Of a stretch of 64,000 nt of DNA, positions 25,332 to 37,872 are shown in pieces. Under the pieces are notes generated by a model, which ran no database searches, was not told the origin of the DNA, and worked only from the letters and a program-made list of their open reading frames with translations. How positions within the stretch are numbered: the stretch's first letter is position 1; every line of letters begins with the position of its first letter. The position numbers and the translations under genes were made by a program. This DNA is from Toensbergia leucococca. Lineage: Eukaryota. The stretch covers positions 124,001 through 188,000 of the forward strand of contig JALDZS010000006.1 of the NCBI GenBank assembly GCA_022813965.1, read 5' to 3'.

Positions 25332-26518
25332 GGCTTCCCACTTGGGGAAATATTGGGCCCTTGGTCTCTATCCAAATTTCCTCTATATCTTTGTGTGATC
25401 ATTTATCAGTATACCGACATGCAAGAATCCGACTTGTAGCGCGCAGACTTTGAGGGTAAGATGTTCCAGTCAACCAAGAAACAGCTGCCAGAACCATGCA
25501 TTTGGAATACTTTGGTTTGAGGGCGGAGTATTATAGGTTAGGTGACTTTGTGCCACAATATAACTTTTGCAACGAAGAGATTAGGGGCTCAATCTATTCA
25601 TCATTCACATCTCCTCAAATAAAGATCGAGGTTTTTTTGAATGAATGAATATTTTTTTTCTGGCGAAAAGTGCCAGTGGCACTGAGGTACAGATCTGTCC
25701 CGATTTATCAGATAGATATAAGTAAGAAAGGGCTGATGATGTGAAGAAAAGGGTGTGACATAAAGAAGCGAAAATTCAAACTCCCATCTAAAAGACTCAG
25801 TTTCATTCAGAAACAAACTCTCAAGACAAGAAAACACAAAGCAATCAGGGGATTAAAAACAGCCAACATACCCCCTCAAAAAAGCAAAATGTTCACATCT
25901 CTAGCCCTCATACCCATCTTCTCAGCTATCACTAAGGATGTCACAACATCACATTTTTCAGAGAAAACAAAAGGATCTGATTGATTATATTGGGAGGGTC
26001 ATGATGATTTTCTCAATTGAGTGTTAGGGTTTGTCTTGTACTGAGAAGATAATGTGGCTGTGAGCAAAGACACCTTTGAGTGTTTTCTTCACTGAGAGGT
26101 TTTTGGAGGGTTAGAGTAGAGCTTGGAGAGGGAGATGTTTGAGTGAGATGGTAGTGATAAAAGTGTAGTTTTGGAAGGTGAGGGGGGGAAAACATCATAT
26201 TCCAGTTTCAGTTTGAGGGAAAGCTGTGAGGAGTTTTTCAAGCGCTGCGAGTTGAAATGTTAAAGCTTGTGACTTTCTATTCAATTGGAAGAGCAGAGTT
26301 CTTTTCCCGTGCTTTGGTTCATTGGTAAGCAGGAAGCATCTGGCTAGAGGATCTGTGGGCGTAAAACAAGCTTGTTGGTAGGTCTAAAAGATAGAAGAAA
26401 TTGAGCAGTGGGGAGTCTTTGATAATAAATGGTTTGTTTGATATGAGGTCTACTATAAGAAGAAGGAGGGTAATATGGACATGGTGCTCCTCGCGATGCG
26501 TGACAGACGTACTTGTAT

Positions 26519-28322
26519 TCATGCAACCTGCTCCGTCCATGGAGCCCTGTACGTTCCTTCCTTTGAGTATTTGTATCCGTAGAACAGGGTTGTAAGAATC
26601 AGGTTCGTGATCGCAAAGCCGATGGATAGAGCGCGGCGGTAGAAGCGATGGTCGGTAGAATCCCAGAAGAGGCGGTGGGTAGATGACTCTTCCTTGGCTG
26701 CAAATTTGCGGGTGTAGACTGCTTTCGTAGATGGAGAGTGATGTATTTCTGGAGGTGCAGCACTGTCAACCCCTGGTATACCAGCAGGGTTGTCGTCAGG
26801 AAGATTGGCTTCGAGGGTTAGGGAGAGTCGGCGGATGGATAAGGCATGGTCAAGATCGGTCAGGGGAAAGTGGAGAGATTTGGCGCGTCGGACTCGGGGG
26901 CCGATAGGGGAGTCTAAGGAGGTTGGAGAATCGATGGGGGAGTCGGGAGCGAGATGTGTTGCTTCTGGGACCTCGAGGGTAAGCAATCGCTGGGGAGAGG
27001 CAGGACTTCGAGGGGAAAGTTCGTTTGTTTGCCTCGAGTGGGAGTTTGGCTCAGCAGGCGTTGAAGATCTTGAACCTTGAAGATGCTCAGCCGCATGAAC
27101 GAATTCGCTATTGGCTCGCGGAGAAGCTTCTAAAGCTGGACATCCCCCAGATGATGTAGAATGCTCGTGGTTGGACGATGCTTTGACATGTTTCACAGCC
27201 GGAGGTCCTTCTATTATTTTCCCTAGCTGTTCGAAACAACCGTTTATAAAGATCGTAACAAAGACTCCAGCAGAAATAAACGCAATGGCTACCAGACCAC
27301 ATATGACCACGGAAAGAAATGGTGCGAAGCCGTTAATCCAAGGTCCCGTAGCCCATGCAACATATCTTGACTGCGGCATCTTCACGAGATATATTATCCC
27401 CGAAAGCAGGACCAATACTCCAGCAGCCGCGACTTTCTGAAGCAGAGCAAGACTAGCAATAACCCAAAGGAGAATTATACAAGTGTAAGTAAATCGTGCC
27501 ATGCCAGCGCTTTCCGAAGACTCGATGCTAGACACGAAGTCAGACCTAAAAAGCTCAACGACTATCAGTATCCAGATCCCGAATTGCGCCAGATAAGCGG
27601 CCACGTAGATTATATCAGAGAAAGTAACCAGTGCCTGTCTCGTCTTTTCGTCAAATTTCTCCCGCGGCTTTGATCTTGTGCTCTTGTCGTTATGCGGAAC
27701 TCCGATCGTGCTAATGAAGATACTGACCAGATATGCGAGCAGGAAAATCACCATGCATGCCTGAGTCCCGGGTATCCCGCGTGAACCGAAGAGCTTGAGG
27801 GCTTGTGGCACAGGAACCAGTACGAAGACGATCAGGCCGACGGCTGGCGTCCCTTTCATTAGAATATTAAAGTCGGAGTAGATTCCCATTTCGGATCTGT
27901 ATACCCGTGCAGATTCGCGGAAACCCTGACCTGCGCGTAGGCCGCGGGCCAGCCATATGGTGGCAATAATAATATCGGCCAGGCAGATAAAGACGGAGGT
28001 CCGGGCTGGCGAGAGCGTCTCTTCAGAGGGAAAGTTATCAGCGGGCGAACGCTGCAGCATTGCGTTCAAAGCAAGAGCTATCAGTGGCCACAAGGCGCCT
28101 TGCCAGGATATTGTGTGGTCTTCTTCGCAGTCGTCCGGGGAAGAGCTTGAGTCTGTTGCATTGCCCGAGTCCCTTTCTTCAATCGGTCGATTATATTAAT
28201 ACAACTTATCTATGGAACAGGATCAAGGACATACCGAGATGTCTGATAGAAGATGTTGCCAACGCGGCATCTGTTAGTACCAGCAATACGAGACAATTTG
28301 TCACTAAATTTATTCGCTTCAT
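26519..28322 (-). CDS. Uncharacterised multi-pass membrane protein with signal peptide; exons 28322-28235, 28176-26519
   Basis: Signal-like MKRINLVTNCLVLLVLTDAALA joins in frame, via a GTATGT..GAAG intron, to a 524-aa ORF with about 7-8 hydrophobic segments and a Ser/Pro-rich loop. Confidence 0.72.
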
Positions 28323-28850
28323 TTTGACAGAATTCCAATTTCTTTGGACGCAGTGTAATTTCCCTAGATATGAGTATGTATCGCTATATATCATAGGCAT
28401 TGCGCCATAAAAGCCGCATTTTCCAAGGCAAGACGCCTCGAGGGGCTGAGCCGATCACGAGTTGATTAGAATTGTTCAGGCGTTTTCCTCAGCAGTGTGC
28501 AAGTCCAAGCCTACCCCAGCACCATACTTACAGATCTTTTGATATTTCTTACTACATCTCGAATGAAAGCAACACTTTCACTTCTCTTTGTGAATTTTTT
28601 GATTTGCTTTTGAAAGTTTGCATTTGTTGGTGATGAGATGAGGGATAAGCCTCCAAGTGAGGTAGGTCTCGAAAATGAGGGGCGGTCGAAGAGATGTAGC
28701 TTCTGTCTATAGTAATTCCTTCATGTTTTTGCCGTGAGCTTTTGAGTATAATTGGTTGCCTTTGCAGGGCATTTAAGAAAAGGCTCGACGCCTCGTCGAA
28801 AGTGGCTTCTTGTATGTTGAACCAAATACTCACCTCTTCTCTTCAACATC

Positions 28851-29907
28851 TTACCATCCCCTCCCAGCCATCTTCTCTCCTTCACTCATCTTGCCCACAT
28901 TGAGGCCAACCATCGCCTCTCCCAAGTCAGTGCTCACCTCTGCCAAGACCTTCGCGTCCCTGAAATGCGTCACGGCTTGCACAATCGCCTTGGCCCTCAA
29001 TTTTGCATCACCACTCTTAAAGATGCCACTTCCAACAAAAACTCCGTCACAGCCAAGCTGCATCATTAATGCTGCATCAGCAGGAGTTGCCACACCACCG
29101 GCCGCAAAGTTGACCACTGGTAATCTCCCTAATTCGGACGTCTCCTTGAGCAAGTCAAAAGGCGCGCCGATCTCTTTGGCCATCACTCGTAACTCCATAT
29201 CACTCATTCCTTTCGCTCGGTTAATCTCGGCCGTCACCGTCCGCATGTGTCTTACGGCTTCGACAACGTCCCCCGTGCCGGCTTCACCCTTTGTGCGAAT
29301 CATAGCTGCACCTTCGGAGATACGACGAAGGGCTTCACCAAGGTTGCGGCATCCACAGACGAAAGGGACGGTGAAGGGGTGTTTTTCTACGTGGTGGGTT
29401 GCGTCTGCAGGAGTGAGGACTTCAGACTCGTCGATGTAGTCTACACCGAGGGCTTCAAGAATCTAGGATCCAAGGCTTCAGTATAACTATGTCAAAGAAC
29501 ATGACGGTAAAGCGTGCGGAACGTACCTGACACTCGACAAAGTGGCCTATCCTTGCCTTTGCCATGACGGGTATGGTAACGGTTTCCATTATTTCCTTGA
29601 TCATTTTGGGGTCCGACATCCTGGCCACGCCACCCTGGGCCCGAATGTCCGCTGGAACTCGTTCAAGAGCCATGACAGCACAGGCGCCTGCTTCCTCTGC
29701 TATTCTCGCCTGCAGTGCTCCTTGTCAGCAGTGGCGGCGAAGTATCTCAGAACAGACAGTGAGTACCTGATCAGCATTGACGACGTCCATTATCACTCCG
29801 CCCTTTAACATCTTCGCTAGGCCGGTCTTGACAGAGAAGTTTGTTGTTCCACTGGCAGTGGCATCTGTAGGACCATGTCCGTTGGTGCCGAGGTTGTCGT
29901 TTATCAT
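28851..29907 (-). CDS. PDX1: Pyridoxal 5'-phosphate synthase subunit PDX1/SNZ1; exons 29907-29767, 29709-29527, 29462-28851
   Basis: [64 protein letters not shown]; 311 aa after splicing. Confidence 0.97.
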
Positions 29908-30530
29908 ATTTGGTAAAGCCTACGTCCGGTCTCGTGAATTTTCTAGTCAGAAATACTGAGAATGGTTTGAAGAAAGACAGGGTCTAAGTAAGGTGCCCGC
30001 TTTCTCGAAAATTAGCTTTCGTGAGTACCTTAGTGAATTTTGTGGGGTTTTAGAAGCGTATGGAGTAGGTCTCTATACTTTCAAGGAAATGGACAAAATT
30101 TGAGAGGCAAAGTAAAGATTTGCCACAGGGAAGTGTTCTGAAAGAGAGTGTGGGGAAAGTAATGTACGGTACTAAGATATGTTAGTCTTCAATTGAACCG
30201 GCACTGTGCCCTCTAGAACAATATGAGGTAATCTATGTCTTCTCCTTTTCCCTTCTATTCTTATACGGCTAAAGACGGATAAGGAATGAAGAAAAAAAGT
30301 CAATGTGTAATGTGTGTAATACTCGGTACCTGTATCCGTACTTGTGCTCCGTAAGATCATTGTAACGGCGGATCTGGCGCTAAATTCTCGGCTCGATGAC
30401 GTAGGTATGCATAACACTCAGAGGCTCTCCATCGCATCAACCACCGACGAATCCACATCCTTCTGAGCCCAGTATAGCTGATAGATTTCCACATCATATA
30501 TACAGTCCAAGATTCTAAAAATATCGCACA

Positions 30531-31143
30531 ATGGCCACCCTCCTTTTGCTACGCCGACCCTTCCTCTCCCCACTCATCATCACCCTCGGCCTCTCCACCG
30601 CATTCGCAGCAAACACTATTTACCGACCCCGTCTTCTGTACGCCGACAGCGACCCATCATCCATGTCCGGCGCCTTTAAATCCTACAGAGCCTATACCGA
30701 TGACGCGAAAGTGCCTGTAGTGAAGAACGGGAGACCGAACCCGGCGGCGTATAAGCAGATTAGTGGGGGAAGTATATTAGGTAGGTGAGGAGATGATCGA
30801 CGAAAAGAGAAGAAATGCTGACGGTTGGTGTGGCAGGCCTGGTCGGAGGATTGGCAGTGAGCACATTTTCGAAGACGTTGGCTTTTCTAGTGGGGCTTTT
30901 AGTGTTTGGGGTACAGGTACGTTCAGCAAGGCATAGGCGGAGGACCTACTGAATAGTCACACTACCATTGCCCTGGTTGATTACTTCTAGTTCACGGCGT
31001 CAAAAGGCTACAACATAGTACCGACGGCCAGGATTCAACAGTACTTCAAGGGGATAGATTTACGCTCTGCTATCGAAGACAACGTCGCCTTCAAGCTAAG
31101 TTTCGGCGCAACTTTTATGCTCGCAGCTTTTGCCGAATTATGA
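30531..31143 (+). CDS. FUN14-family mitochondrial outer membrane protein; exons 30531-30780, 30837-30916, 30991-31143
   Basis: QISGGSILG|LVGGLAVSTFSKTLAFLVG..VQ|FTASKGY...NVAFKLSFGATFMLAAF. Confidence 0.85.
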
Positions 31144-31276
31144 TTTTTAGAGTAAAGGTCATACTATTTTACAGAAGCCGGATAACGCGAATCATCCTTC
31201 GCTACCTATCCTTCATAACATTCCAGCTGCTTGATTCCCCAATACATTGACGTGACTCGTCTATCGTCTTTGGTTT

Positions 31277-34200
31277 TCATGATACATAGGAAAAGTTTGT
31301 TCCTCGACATGCCATCCAGAATTCTTTGACCGCTTGATTCGTACCTCGAGAACCTCTAAGACTGCAAGTCTGATGTTAGCAGATTGAACAATGGTATAAC
31401 GACCTCAAGCAATCATTGCCTACTTTAATACTTTCTGCAACCACATTCTCTTTTCCACACTACCCACAATCTGACTTGGAAAGGTATCACTGAAAAGCGC
31501 ATCAGATAGCCACATCTTGGCTCTTGGCTGTGAGAACACCATTTTCTTTAGTGGTTCTGCGAGAACATCTAATTCGCTGCGGGCCGCTTCCCCACCAATA
31601 TTCCTTACCAATGCTTGCCCTAATAGTGGACCATATTCTCCCAAGGCATTTTCAACCATGCTAATAATCTGGTCTGGCAGATCATGTGCCTGCAATAGAG
31701 AGGACTATCACTTCTATTAGAAAGCGATTGATAAGTTGCAAGATTGCTTACCCAGAAATGAGCAGCTGATCGCTTTGGCATAATTTCAGGGGCTGTCAAA
31801 CATCGAAGTGTAAATGTGAAGAAATCGGGGATGAACTCCTGGGCTTGGGGACTTGAAAAGGTATGTAGGTAGCGTGGAATAAGTTTCTCTGCAAGATCCA
31901 GGCAGCTTGAAGCCACATCGGTATCTTGGGCAGGGTTATCTAAAGAGCTGTTTCAGCAATGGCTTCATTCTTATGTTCCAGTCTAATCACTCACATTTTA
32001 AATCACGAAGAATTCCGAGCAGATGAACGAGGAATGTCTGAGCAGCGTCACTAACTCGAGAGGAAGACTCGCTGTTGTAGCTGTTCAGCATTGCGCCAGC
32101 TGTATCCAGAACGTAGCTCAGTCGCGCAGTGTTCAGTCCGCTGGCAATTACGAAGTCTTCTGTAACTCTTGGCTGAAATATAAAAGGTCCAGGAGTTGTT
32201 TCGGTGTAACCAGTCCGGAGCACCTGGCAAGCAGCCTCGATAATCTCGCTATCCCATCTCATCATATCAACCACTGTAATTATGTATTGGACTATCTTCG
32301 ACTGAAGAGCCACCCCTGCTTCTCGTTCCCACACCGTCAACAATGGCCTTTCCTCATCAAGATCGATAGCAACATCATCTGGTACCTGTGATGCCTTTCC
32401 CATACTGACTAAACAACGTAATGCACAAAGACCGTTCATTTGTGCGTTTTCGATGTCACCTGTGCGTACAGAACTGGCGCAAGTATGAACATCTACTTCT
32501 ACAAATTGTAGCAGCGTGTGCAGAGGGTCAATCTTGGCGTCTTCGGAGGATAAAGCTTGGACAATGGCAGCAATGGCACCTATGACCTTTTCTTTGGTAC
32601 TGGCCTCAACTTCATCCCAAGTCAGAAGTAGCTGGTATTGCTGTAGGAAGGCCCCAAGTTCAGGGATCAGACGGCTACGACAGGATGAACAGGTTGACGA
32701 AATGGCCTTTGCTGCTACACTGGCCAATGCTGGAGCCTTCAAGCTCACAAAGAGAAAATTCAGCATGGCGGGCAGATAATCAGTATGTCGTTCGAAGAAA
32801 CTCGTGTAGTGGCTTATCAAGCTCACAGCCGTCTGTCGAGTCTTTGCTGGTATCACTATTTCTGGGCTCGCCATGTCTGCAAATAGAGAAGACCCGAACA
32901 GGTTGGAGAGAAGATTGTCAACGGTTTCATCATCAGAAATGGAATCCGAGAGCGCGCTTAGGCAAAACAGAGTAGCTTCAAGGTGAAGCCAAGCACGGTT
33001 GCGAATCGAGTCTTGGGTAAGACGAGCGAAACGTTGGAACATATCCACTCCAAGAAGTGCGTATGAGGACTGTAGAAAATCCTCTACGTCCGCTCGAAAT
33101 GATTTGAACTCGATCCGCATGTCAGTGTCCCATGTGCTACCGATATCATATGGTGGCATCCGAATCTTAATCCAAGACGCCTCGATAGCCTCTACGACGT
33201 ATTGTTTAGCGCCGTCCATCCACGATGTGTTTTCTTCTCCAGCCGCAAAAAGCGAGTCAATAAGGTATTCTGCGAACGTTGCCCAAAATTCTAAAGCCTG
33301 AGTGCAAATCTCATCTTCGGCTCCAGCATAGCCTGAACAAGTCAATAGCTCAAAAAGATGGCGCAATATTTGTCTGGAGCGGGAGTTTCCAGTATTCCTA
33401 GCAAGCTCTTGAACCGCAGCGTCTCCGTAGGCAAGCATCAATCTGCCAAATGCCAATGCTTGAGGATTAAAATCGCCGTCTTTAAGAGTAGCAATATAGG
33501 GCTCGGCTGTATGACCGGAGAGGATAAGAGCTAACGAGTCAAAATCACTGCTGGTAAAGAAGGCTGGAAACGTGGTCAGAACATCTGTCAGGAATTCCAC
33601 CGTTACGTCGTACATTTTCTCTGTGGTCATGATATCTAATGCATGTCGAGTAAGAACCCTCAAAGGCTCCAGCTCCAGAGCGTCCTTGATCCACGCTCGA
33701 TGAGCATAGATTACCCACGACTATATCATTCAATCATCAGCGCGTGTCAAGGTCGGATTTTGAGAAGTGACTGCAACACACATGGAAGCACTTCATCCCC
33801 TCCTCAACAAGCTTCGTCTCGCTTTTGGCCCCGGAATTTGTAACAAAACACCAACCTAGTAGTAACACGATATCGTCTAAGTTCACTGCGACTCTTTGAT
33901 GGTAATTATGACTGCAGCTCACAATTTTAAGCTTCTAGACATTATTATGTCGAACACTGGAATGCTCACTTTTGGATGCTACTCGAGTCTGTTTTACCAA
34001 CTTCTTCAACAAGACCCGCTGCGAACCACATGGTTGTAACGAGCTGCGCTTGATTGAGGCCTTCTATGACTGTGGCCATAGGCGTAGATTGAGATAAAAT
34101 ATGACCAGAAGATACATCTCCTGCAGCAAAGCAACAGGCGATGTGTCGGATGCAATGCTTCCAAGAGGCCTCAGGTCTCAGAAAATATGCAACCAAGGCT

Positions 34201-34675
34201 GTGCAAAGCTTCCTGATCACAAGAGGTCCTTCCCCTGCCTGAACGAGGCGGATAAGCCATAGTAGGAGTCTGTCGAGTAGTAGAGCAGCACCTTCATCAT
34301 CTAGCATCTCCCTATCTCTTCAGTCAGCTTCTGGCCCTAGAAGCGGGCTCTGGCTCCTTGCCAGTCATGGTTGATCTTGATGGTAAAGGTTAGGGCACCG
34401 AAAAAGCGAACTTTGTCATCTTGACTTTGAAGAAGTGCATCGGCAAATTGCCAACCGTCTTGGGATCTTTGTAGTTTTTGAAGGATAACTTGAATCCTAG
34501 CAATCTTCTGTGGCAATCCCGGCAGATAGAGCTGCTGCACGAGCTATTTATGAAAGTTTTCAGCCTGCACGACTTATTGTGGTGGTCAGAATCATAGTAC
34601 CTCCTCTACTTCTGCAATATTACTTGGCTGGAGATTGTCATCATTATAGGCTACAGTATTAGCTGCCATCCCCAT
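31277..34675 (-). CDS. Importin-beta family karyopherin (importin-13/Kap122-like), about 8 exons; one GC-AG intron at 34312-34361
   Basis: IBN_N-like LQKLQRSQDGWQFADALL..VRFFGALT..KINHDW; FRADVEDFLQSSY; LEATLFCL; C-terminal VKEFWMACRGTNFSY. Confidence 0.88.
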
Positions 34676-35044
34676 GGGCGTTGAAGTATGGATTAGAGGC
34701 TGAGGTAAGCACTACGACCAAAACATTCTCTTGATATTGAAGACATGGATTTTAATGGGGCTGTAGAAAGCAGGATCATCCGCTAGGGTCTGTTCCGGTA
34801 ACTGCAAATGTTATGAAGTGGATTGGAGATTTTGGAGGAGTATGTCACTATGCCACGTAACCGTGTAAAGTGCGAAGACAGATCAGGTAAGAAGAAGAAG
34901 AGAGTAGGTACCTATTCTATGTTGTTTACAGATGGTATTTTTGAAGTATTGGTCGTATATCTTTGATTTAGCGGGGTATTTGTACGTCATAGGCATCTGA
35001 CTCCGAGATCGCGTCGCCAATTAGCAAAAAGTCACAGGCAAAGG

Positions 35045-37595
35045 ATGTTTATGAAGTCCTCGATGCACTTCAGTTTCCTCCGACTTCTCAATCACTGTCG
35101 TTCCTCTATTTGGACAAACCCTTCTTACTTGCATCGTTATCCCATAATTGTTGTCAGGAGGAACTTTTCAAATACAGGCATAATGGAGACAATCAATACC
35201 ACGGAGCGCCTGAAGAAGCTTAGAGATTTAATGAAGGAGAGCAAGGTTGATGTATATAGTATGGTCTATCATAGCCTCTGCAAATGAAGCCCCTCTCATC
35301 TTCCCCAAGTTATTCCATCCGAGGACAGTCATCAGTCTGAATATATCGCACCATGTGATGCCCGTCGAGGTCAGGATGCTGTTTCAGACTGCCACATTAA
35401 CTCCAGCTTACCGTCTTAGAATACATTTCTGGCTTTACTGGATCCGCAGGCACAGCTGTAGTCACCTTGGACAAAGCAGCCCTTGCTACCGATGGACGCT
35501 ACTTTAATCAAGCTGCGAAGCAGCTCGACGCCAACTGGCATCTCCTGAAGCAGGGCATAGAAGATGTTCCAACCTGGCAGGACTGGTAGATAGCCACAAA
35601 TGTGAGAGGTCTCATGTCTGATGTTTGCCAGGGCGGCAGAACAATCCGAAGGGAACAAGACTGTAGGCGTCGATCCAACCATCATCACAGCACGTGAGAC
35701 AGCATCTTAGCATCTATCTCATCATCAGAACTGACACAATAAAGCCGATGCTCGGAAGGTGGCCGAGAAAATCAAGAAAAGAGGCGGCAAATCTCTTGTC
35801 AGCGTAAAGAAGAACCTAATCGACTTGGTCTGGGGCGATGACCGCCCGTCGCGACCGAATGAGAAGATCAAAGTGCTGGACCTAGAGTTTGCAGGCAAAG
35901 CCTTCCAAGAGAAGATTGAGGAGCTCAGGAAAGAGTTGAAAAAGAAGAAGGTCGCTGGGGTGATAATCTGTAAGCTCTCGTGGTACAGAGACACTGACTT
36001 TTGCTTCCTGTACTGACCAATGTTGTTTGAAGCAATGTTGGACAACATTGCTTGGCTTTACAATCTTCGAGGAAATGAGTACGTTTGCCAGACGAGACCA
36101 AACAATGTGACTACAAGCTAAAGCCAGGGAAGTATTCCATATAACCCTGTATTCTTCTCCTATACTACTATTACACCTACGACTGCCACCATTTACGTCG
36201 ACTCTACCAAGTTCGGACCGGCTGTAGAAGCGCATCTGGGAGATACAGTCACAATCCGGCCATACGAGGCAATATTTAATGACTCCACGTCCCTTAATCA
36301 GTCCTTGTCATCTGATATGTCGAATGGTGACAACGAAAAGGCATGGACTGGCAAGAAGAAGAAGTTCATGATATCGACCAAAGCGTCATGGGCCCTGAGT
36401 CTATGTTTAGGGGGGGAGGAGAATGTTGAGGAGGTCCCCAGTGCGATTGGTGATATGAAATGCATCAAGAACAAGACTGAGATTGAAGGAATGCGGGCTT
36501 GCCATGTTCGGGACGGGGCTGCTTTGAGCGAGTATTTTGCATGGTTGGAGGAAGAGCTAACCGTGAAGAGATCAAAGTTGGATGAAGTAACAGCGGCGGA
36601 TATGCTGGAACACATACGATCGTGAGTAATACCCAATGCCGCGATTGACCTAATCAGAACTTATGATACTCTTTAGTAAACACAAGAATTTTGTCGGTCT
36701 CTCATTCGACACCATCTCATCTACAGGACCAAATGCAGCCATCATTCACTATTCCCCCGAAAGAGGTAATTGCTCAGTGATTGATCCAACAGCAGTCTAT
36801 CTGTGTGACTCTGGAGCTCAGTACCTGGATGGGACTACCGATACCACCAGAACGCTGCACTTCGGACGGCCAACAGCCATGGAGAGGAAGACTTATACCT
36901 TGGTTCTCAAAGGGGTGATTGCTTTGGGTAACGCTATATTTCCCAAGGGAACCACTGGCTTTGCTTTAGACACTCTGGCACGGCAATTCCTGTGGACGGA
37001 GGGTCTGGATTATCGGCACGGTACTGGTCACGGCGTAGGCTCATTTTTGGTAAGTCACGCCTGCCACTGACAGAGATTAATGTTTTCTAACACGTAAAGA
37101 ACGTCCACGAAGGCCCGATAGGGATTGGTACTCGCATCCAATACTCAGAGGTTGCTCTCGCGGTCGGCAACGTCCTTTCTGATGGTAATTTTCCAAAGCC
37201 ATTGTTACCATTCCTACTAACACCTTGCTCCCAGAACCCGGGTACTACGAAGATGGCAACTTCGGTATCCGTATCGAAAGTACGTCTTCCCGTTTCCTCT
37301 CTCCTTGAATCGGTCAACCCTTCCCATTACTAATCCGCTCTCCCGCCCCACAGACATCATCATCGCGCGCGAAGCCAGCACCAAGCACAATTTTGGCGAT
37401 AAGACCTACCTTGGTTTCGAACACGTCACAATGGTGCCCATGTGCCGCAAGTTGATCGATGAGAAATTGCTCACCGCCAAGGAGAAGGAGTGGTTAAATG
37501 AGTATCATCGCGAAGTGCTAGTCAGAACCAAGGGGTATTTTGGGGAGGACGATCGGACTATGAGGTGGTTGAAGAGGGAGACGCTGCCAATTTAA
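35045..37595 (+). CDS. Xaa-Pro aminopeptidase P (peptidase M24), multi-exon
   Basis: [67 protein letters not shown]. Confidence 0.95.
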
Positions 37596-37872
37596 AAGGG
37601 ACGGTAAAGGGGAGTTGCATACGTCCGAGTCGGGTAGGGAATTGGTTGGATTGGAGAACCTGGACGAGGGGCTATGGTCGGGTGCTTGCATTTACCAGAG
37701 TTAGGTATACCAAGGAGCATGGTCCTGGATTTGGGGTGTGTTGTTGGATGACCGGGTGATTTAGTTGATAATAAACTCCACAATACATGCATAATCGATT
37801 CCACAACACCAAACTCCCACCCACGCAAATTAAAATAGACACCATACCAATGCACTGTCATCCGATTTCAAC

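Noticed and set aside
29908..30530. Expected divergent PDX2/SNO partner of PDX1
   Set aside because: The divergent neighbour is FUN14; PDX1-PDX2 linkage varies among fungi, so its absence is unremarkable.
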